From Antechinus flavipes (Eukaryota): DNA of 64,000 bases. Under the pieces are notes generated by a model. The model saw only the letters and a program-made list of their open reading frames with translations, searched no databases and was not told the DNA's origin. The stretch lies in NCBI RefSeq assembly GCF_016432865.1, contig NC_067401.1:248496001-248560000 (forward strand), in the 5' to 3' direction. Each line of letters starts with the position of its first letter. Position 1 is the first letter of the stretch. The translations under genes were made by a program, and so were the position numbers. Below, one piece after another: positions 57,621-64,000 of the stretch.

Positions 57621-60600
57621 AGAATAGGAATTCAGGGACAAAAGTATATTCAAGGTAACTAAAAATGAAACTCATGGCTTATCTGGGAAAATGGGGCTTT
57701 GTTTATAAAAGGTACATAATAGAAATCACTGGTGGGCAATCTTTTAGAGTAGAGAAAAGTTGGGACAAAAACAGGTGGGAGTAAGGAGATGGAAACGACT
57801 TCTATACTTTCCACTGAGAATAAAAGTTGACAGGTATGTAATATTGATCCCTAAATCTATAAAAAACTTGAGAACAGGATTTCAGATAATATCTAAGCTA
57901 TAGAAGACAATATAAAAAGAAACTCTTTATATACATAAAGAGATAAAGAGAGATGTTTGCCTGAAATGATTAAAATAGCTCAATTTCAAAAAGAATTCAG
58001 AGACCTCCATGACTCACATTGCAACTGTCAAATTTTGGACCAGTCTTTTAATCTTATTGCAGCATGTCTTCTTTTTACAGATCCACTACATAGGAAGCTA
58101 TTGAATGTCATGCTTGCGTGATGTCCAATACAGGATGCTTCCAATGTGGTCTGTGAAGCCAGGACCGTGAAAATCCCAGCTGAGTTAGTAACAATTCAGC
58201 AACTATATAAGAAGTAGCATAAATCTGGAAAGTGATCAACCCAAACTCAAGTTAAAATTTCTAATTTCCACTGGCCTGAAAAACTTTGGGTAACCTTGGG
58301 AAATTATTTCACATCTCTGGATCTTAATTTCATCCTGGTTTCAAATACCTTAGTATGGACAAAGTAAAATAACATTCCATGTCAAAAATCTGTGGTTTAA
58401 GCTATACAGGACTAATGATAGCTAACAACCAGAAGTAATTAACTTCCTAGTGTGTTTAAGGCCCTCTACTATAGGTATGAGGCAAAATGTAGAAATAAAA
58501 GACTGTGAGGATCCATAACAACATTAATGTGACTACTCCTCTTCATGATGTCATATCAGAATTATTTGTACTATTTCATGTAGTATAATTCCTGTCCATG
58601 TTTTCTCATAAATTCTCTATTATAAAGTCTGCAATGTGCTGAAAACCTTCTTAATAATCTTTGGAAACTAGAACAACATAAGCTATCCTGTTATTTCCTG
58701 TTCTTGTTGCATATATGGATCGCCTCTTTTTTCAATCTTATATTTCTTGAATGACATTTTTCTTTTTAATACTTCTTGTATATAAAAAACTTTTCTTTTC
58801 GTGTGTGAAGAAAATTGGCAATACCAGGTAAGAGGTAGTTTAGTCATAGTTATTATACATCAATAGCAAGGGATGGGGGTGACTGGGAAGAAGAGGTAGG
58901 GGAGTGAAAGAAAGGTGAGTTAAATGCCCTTGCATCATAACCAGGGAAATCAAATAAGTGGCTATTTCTCAAATTTCTACAATACTACGCTGATCTTCCC
59001 TAATTAAAGGCATAAATGTTTTGATGTCTAAAAATTTATGAGATTCCTGATTTAGAAGAAAAGGAAATCTCAGCTGACATTGAATTTTAAAGAGGAAATA
59101 AAATCTTATACAAAGTTTTCTATATAGAGATTTTCTGCTTGCTTAAAAATAAGCAGTTAAAATTTTGTGGAAACAGAGGGAATCTATTCTCAAACTCACT
59201 TAGATCATAAGTGAATCTTAATTTAATCTTTTGCACTTAGAACCCTAAAGACTTAAGTAACTTCTTCCTTAGAGCATCTGGTATTTTACCTGAGAGCCTG
59301 AACATTGGTTATTTTATACCAAAGTTGCTATTAAGTTATAATATGGCTTGATCAAGACTAGATATTGCCAGACTAACCTCAATTCCTGTTAATATACAGA
59401 GAAAGCATGAAAAACTGGATAGAGAACTAATCTGGGAGCCAGAACTTATTTAAAGTTCTACCACACTTTCACATACTTGCTTTGTAAAACTGGGCCAATC
59501 ACTTAACCTTCTTAGGGCTCTACACAACTTTCTGAAACTACAAATTAAAGAGAAAGTAGAAATGGTCAAAGATTTATCCTAATTAAGGAGGAATTCTAGT
59601 ACTAATGAAATTACAGATCTAATCCCTATCCTTTTGAAAGTTACGGATCAGGAAAAGATGATATATATGGTTTATTTAGATTTCATCAAAGTACTTGATA
59701 GTCTTCAATCAGTTTGTTTAAAAAGAAAAAAAGTGGAAGAAACTGGTCTAGGATGCCTGAGAAGTCCAAATTAAAAAAAAAAAAAATACATATCTATGGT
59801 CAATAAAACCCGGAATTTTTTCTTAAAGAGTAACCAGAATTCTGAGTTGCAGTAAATATTTCCTGAAAGACTTCCCTTTCTCTCTCTTAGTACTTAAAAG
59901 TCAGTTTCACATGGGTAGACTGAAAAACTGAATGAGAACTAGAAAAATTATCAAAAGTCCTTAATTCTTTAAGTATTTTGGAATTTCGGATTGTTTAAGA
60001 AGATAAAAGTATACTGAAATCTAATAAGATTAAAATATTTCTCCAGAGCTATGAAATTAAAAAATGATAGCAGCCAGCAGAGAAGATTCAACTATATTGT
60101 TAGTAGAAAACCAGAAATATTTTTCTTATGAATTTGTTAACTCTTGAAAAATCTATATTAACAGGAAGTTTTTTATATATTACAAAAAAAAATTTTTAAT
60201 GTAATTTTTAAACATTGTCCAGTCCAATCTCTTTCTTTTACATTCAATTCTGGACCCCATTCATTTATTTCATCCCAGAAATATGATTAATGCACTAAAT
60301 CAATGAATTAGCCAGCCATGCAAGTGACATTGGTCTAGAGAGCAGGATGTCACATTTAGTTAGTTTACCCTGAATGTACTGTTAGATTAGCCGAAAATAT
60401 TGCATGCTCTGTTCTTTATTAACTGTGACTTTAAAATCAGTAGAATAAACGTGCTTCTTATTCTCCCTGTCATTTTTTTAAAAATAAAGATACTTTAGGT
60501 AAAAAGTTACAGAAACATTTACTAAAGACTAATATATATATAGCCATATGAATTCATAATTAACTAAAGGTTTCTTTATGGTCTTCTGTGATTAGTAAGG

Positions 60601-60739
60601 AGTTTCTAAAGTTTTCCCAGTCTTTTGACATCATCATGTCATAAAACAATGCTCTCCAGTATGTAGTCTTTCTAGGTGTGTCTGGTCTAGCCACTCTTCT
60701 TTATTTCTTCTAATTTTCATCTTACTTTCAAAACGTAGT

Positions 60740-60950
60740 ACACTGAAAGCAGAATAGTGAAGTAGACTTAAAAGCAGGAAGAATTTGGGTTTAGAATCTT
60801 ATTTGTGACAAATATTGTGTGGGCTTGAGCAAGTAACTTAATTTGTCACAAGTATTCTAGGCAACTCTCCAAGATTATATATTGCAGAGAAGGGGATAGC
60901 TTACATTGGTAGAGGGTGTTTGTTCACTTAAGAATTATTTCCTATCCTAT
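60740..60950 (+). mobile_element. MIR3-like SINE
   Basis: gagcaagtaacttaatttgtcacaagtattctaggcaactctccaagattatatattgcagagaagg...cattggtagaggg. Confidence 0.6.
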
Positions 60951-61323
60951 ACTAAACACTTGAGAATGAGTAAGGTTTTCCTCTACCATTGATGATAAAA
61001 ATATATTTATAAAACTGCCATTAAATCCCAAGCCATTCTGTGGTATAAAAGTCCATTAAAATAAACAAGTAATACAAATTTCCTAATGACACCCTATGCA
61101 ATCTTATATATAACAATTAATTAGACTTTCAAAAAAACAATGAAACAATGCAGGGTGAACACAGGTAGGCTGCAAAGCTTTCATTTAGAAAACGCATGAC
61201 TGGAAAAGAAAATGGGGTTAACTCGAATATTGCACTGGTAGCCAACAAAATATAAATAGATCTAAAGGAAGACCTTAAGTATATTAGATAATCCTACATC
61301 AAAAGTCTATGGGAAAGCACATT

Positions 61324-61325
<2 letters not shown>

Positions 61326-61373
<48 letters not shown>
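61326..61373. repeat. (AC)24 microsatellite
   Basis: Read directly. Confidence 0.95.
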
Positions 61374-61376
<3 letters not shown>

Positions 61377-62067
61377 GATATGGTACAGATAGTATGTTCT
61401 GAATGCATGGAGAAAATACATTGATAGGGTTAAGTATTTGAAATGTATGATGTGATTATGCAATAAACATTTTCTTAAATAAGTTTTGTTTAAGCTAATT
61501 TAAACTTTTTTATTGAGGACACAAATTGCTAGTCCACTAACCAGGCTTGGGCTGGGAGAAAAAAGGAATCCAGCATAAGATTTAAAATGTGTTATAATGA
61601 ATAAATGCAAAATGGGAATATTACAAGCTACAGGCACTTCAAAGACCATCTGGTTCATTTTTACAAATAAACTAGTATCCAAAGTGACTAAGAAACTTTT
61701 TTAGAGAGAGTAAAAAGATGAAGGCTTGTGATTTTACAGAAATGGGAAAATCCTTCTATCAGCATTAGTAGAAAACTATTCAGAAATCTAGTCTTTATAG
61801 AATTTCCAGGGGGCACTGAGAAGTTCAGTTTAGTTATGTAAGGTTATACCCCAGAATTGCAAATGATAGGCTCTGTATTTTGTCTAAAGACCAGAAAGAC
61901 TGACCAACAGACTTTTCATTAAGTAACAAAGGAATTGCAATTTGCTTTGGTAGAAGGAATATTAATAACACTAATGAAATCACAGCTTTGCTGAAGCAAA
62001 AAAGAATTAATCTTAATTAAAACAGTATGTTAGATGCAGGTATTGTATAGAAATCATTATGATTTAC

Positions 62068-62185
62068 CTTTGACAAAGTGGGTATTTTATTCTCTCTTGG
62101 AATTGTAAAGTGTTTTCTTTTTTCTTCTGACCTGTAAATTTTTATTTCTTCTTCTCCTTTTGCAGTTCTCCATTCTTCTTGCCTA
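62068..62185 (-). CDS. PHIP: PHIP exon ~20 (118 nt)
   Basis: (S)[39 protein letters not shown]; cacttttag|TAG acceptor (alternative 62182), |gtaaat donor; phase 2-0. Confidence 0.94.
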
Positions 62186-62783
62186 CTAAAAGTGAAGTAA
62201 GCCACATGCATGTTAGGTGAGTTCAACAAATGACTTCAGAACAAAAATTAATTTAGAGGAAAATGCATAAGGAGATCCTCATTCTTTTATTTCTGCATTG
62301 CTGTTAATCTCTCTATAAGAAAGAAAACAATTAAAAATACATATTAACAATATGTTATCAATGGAATTTGGTATAGCATCTCTAAATTTGAAATTTATGC
62401 AAAATACATTTTTGCACTTAAATTCCAAAGCCATTTGTTCCCTCAAACATTTATGAAGCATCTACCACGAGGTAAGTATCATATTAAGGCTACAGATGTT
62501 ATACAATTACCTTATTATTTAACTACCTTTTATTCATTCTGTGAACATTTTTATAAGAACATGCTACCTCTACAACAGAAAGAAAGTTATTTGAGTAAGA
62601 TTTGCTTTTTTGTTGGGGCAAAAGAGAAAATCGTATTTCCAGCCCATAGCATATATCTAATAAATGTATACTGATAGACCATTGAAAGAGCTAACAATAT
62701 TCTATTCTTAAAAACCTAATAATTTAGTTGCTGCAAAATAATCAAAATATTATGGTACAAGGGAAAGAGGTAATTTTACTGAT

Positions 62784-62927
62784 TTTTTTTTTTTAACAGG
62801 GCAATTGGGGTTAAGTGATTTGCCAGGCTCACACATTTAGTAAGTGTCAAGTATCTAAGGCTGAATTTGAAATCAGATTCTCCTGACTACAGGACTAATG
62901 CTCTATCTACTGCACCATCAGGCTGCC
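62784..62927 (-). mobile_element. WSINE1-like SINE
   Basis: ggcaattggggttaagtgatttgccaggctcacac...ctctatctactgcaccatcaggctgcc. Confidence 0.85.
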
Positions 62928-63069
62928 TCAAAGGAGACCATTTTAAAGGAGCTGTTTGCACAAACTGACACGAGAAATTTGAGGAAGAAAATATCACCTT
63001 TGTCCTAGGAGGTTTAGAGAGATTATTTAAGACTTCACAAAGAAAGTGGAATCTGAGCTAAGACCTTCA

Positions 63070-63990
63070 AAGGGAAGGAAGTCAGATAAAACTACATAAG
63101 ACTGGAAATAGTCTAATTCAACTGGAAAATGAATGCAAAAAGATGCTAAATTATATGAGGCTGGACAATTAAACTGAAGGGAGCTTATAGAAAGTTTGGG
63201 ATTTGAGGATTAAGTTTGAGAAGAGTGCTCACAGCAATGGAGTAAAAAGATTATTCAGTTAGTGATTTGAAGGCCACTCCCACCTCCTCACCCTCTCAAA
63301 TGATTATATAGAAATAGAAAGGAGGGAAAGTGATATAAATTGTGGAATTATAAACATCAGGATTTTAAATGTGTTTGACATATAGAGGAAAAGGAGTAAA
63401 AAATTGATTTCTATATTATGAACCTCAGTGACCAGAAAGATAGTGGTATCACTAACAGAAACAAAAAAGTTGGTGGAAAGGAAGATTTTGAAGGGGAATT
63501 TGAGTAATTACATTTTACACATGTTGACTTTTAAGGTGTTAATGGAATATTCAAATGGAGATGTAAAACAAGAAATTGTAAACATAGCTCTAATCTTCTG
63601 GAGAGATTCAGGGAATCTACAAAGAAATGATAACTGAAGTCAGATTAATGTTTTTAAAAAGTTAGTTCAGAGAAAAAAGCAAAAAAGACCCTAGCACCAC
63701 AGAAGTTTACCTAAGTTTAAGGGATAGGAACAAAACGAAGAGTAAAGAAAACAAAAAGGGTGGAAGACTGATTAAAGAGTCAGACTCTTGATAATACAGT
63801 GTCAAAGAAATAAGAAAAGACAGGGTGTATTAAAAGGTCAAATTACAGAGTGATCAAGAACTTGAGGTAAAAAAAATATGGTTTGTTTTGTTGTTAATAA
63901 CATTATTTGTGACCTTGGAGGACACAACAAAAAATATATCACATGTGAGAGATTAGGTAGTGAGGAAGAGACAATGTCTTTATGTATTTT
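63070..63990 (-). mobile_element. L2 remnants
   Basis: ttttacacatgttgactttaaggtgttaatggaatattcaaatggagatg; gagtgatcaagaacttgagg; tttgtgaccttggag. Confidence 0.65.
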
Positions 63991-64000
63991 AAATAGTAAA

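Overview
This is eukaryotic, AT-rich (roughly one-third GC by eye), CpG-poor marsupial genomic DNA. The L1 3' ends, WSINE1/Mar1 SINEs and an RTE LINE point to an Australian marsupial, probably a dasyurid (inference). The whole window lies inside one gene on the minus strand, PHIP (pleckstrin homology domain-interacting protein, also BRWD2/DCAF14). I traced 21 coding exons from 62185 down to the TAA stop at 887-889. All have GT-AG boundaries and matching phases, and they splice into one uninterrupted frame of about 1088 codons. They correspond to human exons 20-40 (numbered back from a recalled 40-exon structure) and encode the post-WD40 linker, cryptic Tudor region, two bromodomains and the basic/acidic C-terminal tail. 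Positions 1-886 are 3' UTR. The WD40 exons lie beyond the right edge. Introns are filled with L2, L3/CR1, MIR, Mar1, WSINE1, L1, RTE and hAT-Charlie remnants and microsatellites; repeat names are recognised from memory and their edges are approximate. I found no prokaryotic system, CRISPR array, RNA gene or second protein-coding gene, and no convincing novel system. The best leads are modest: an L1 inserted 9 nt from a weak splice donor that supplies a (UG)23 tract, a candidate in-frame 57-nt cryptic exon in bromodomain 1, two in-frame NAGNAG acceptors, and an unexplained CpG-retaining ~550-bp segment in the largest intron.
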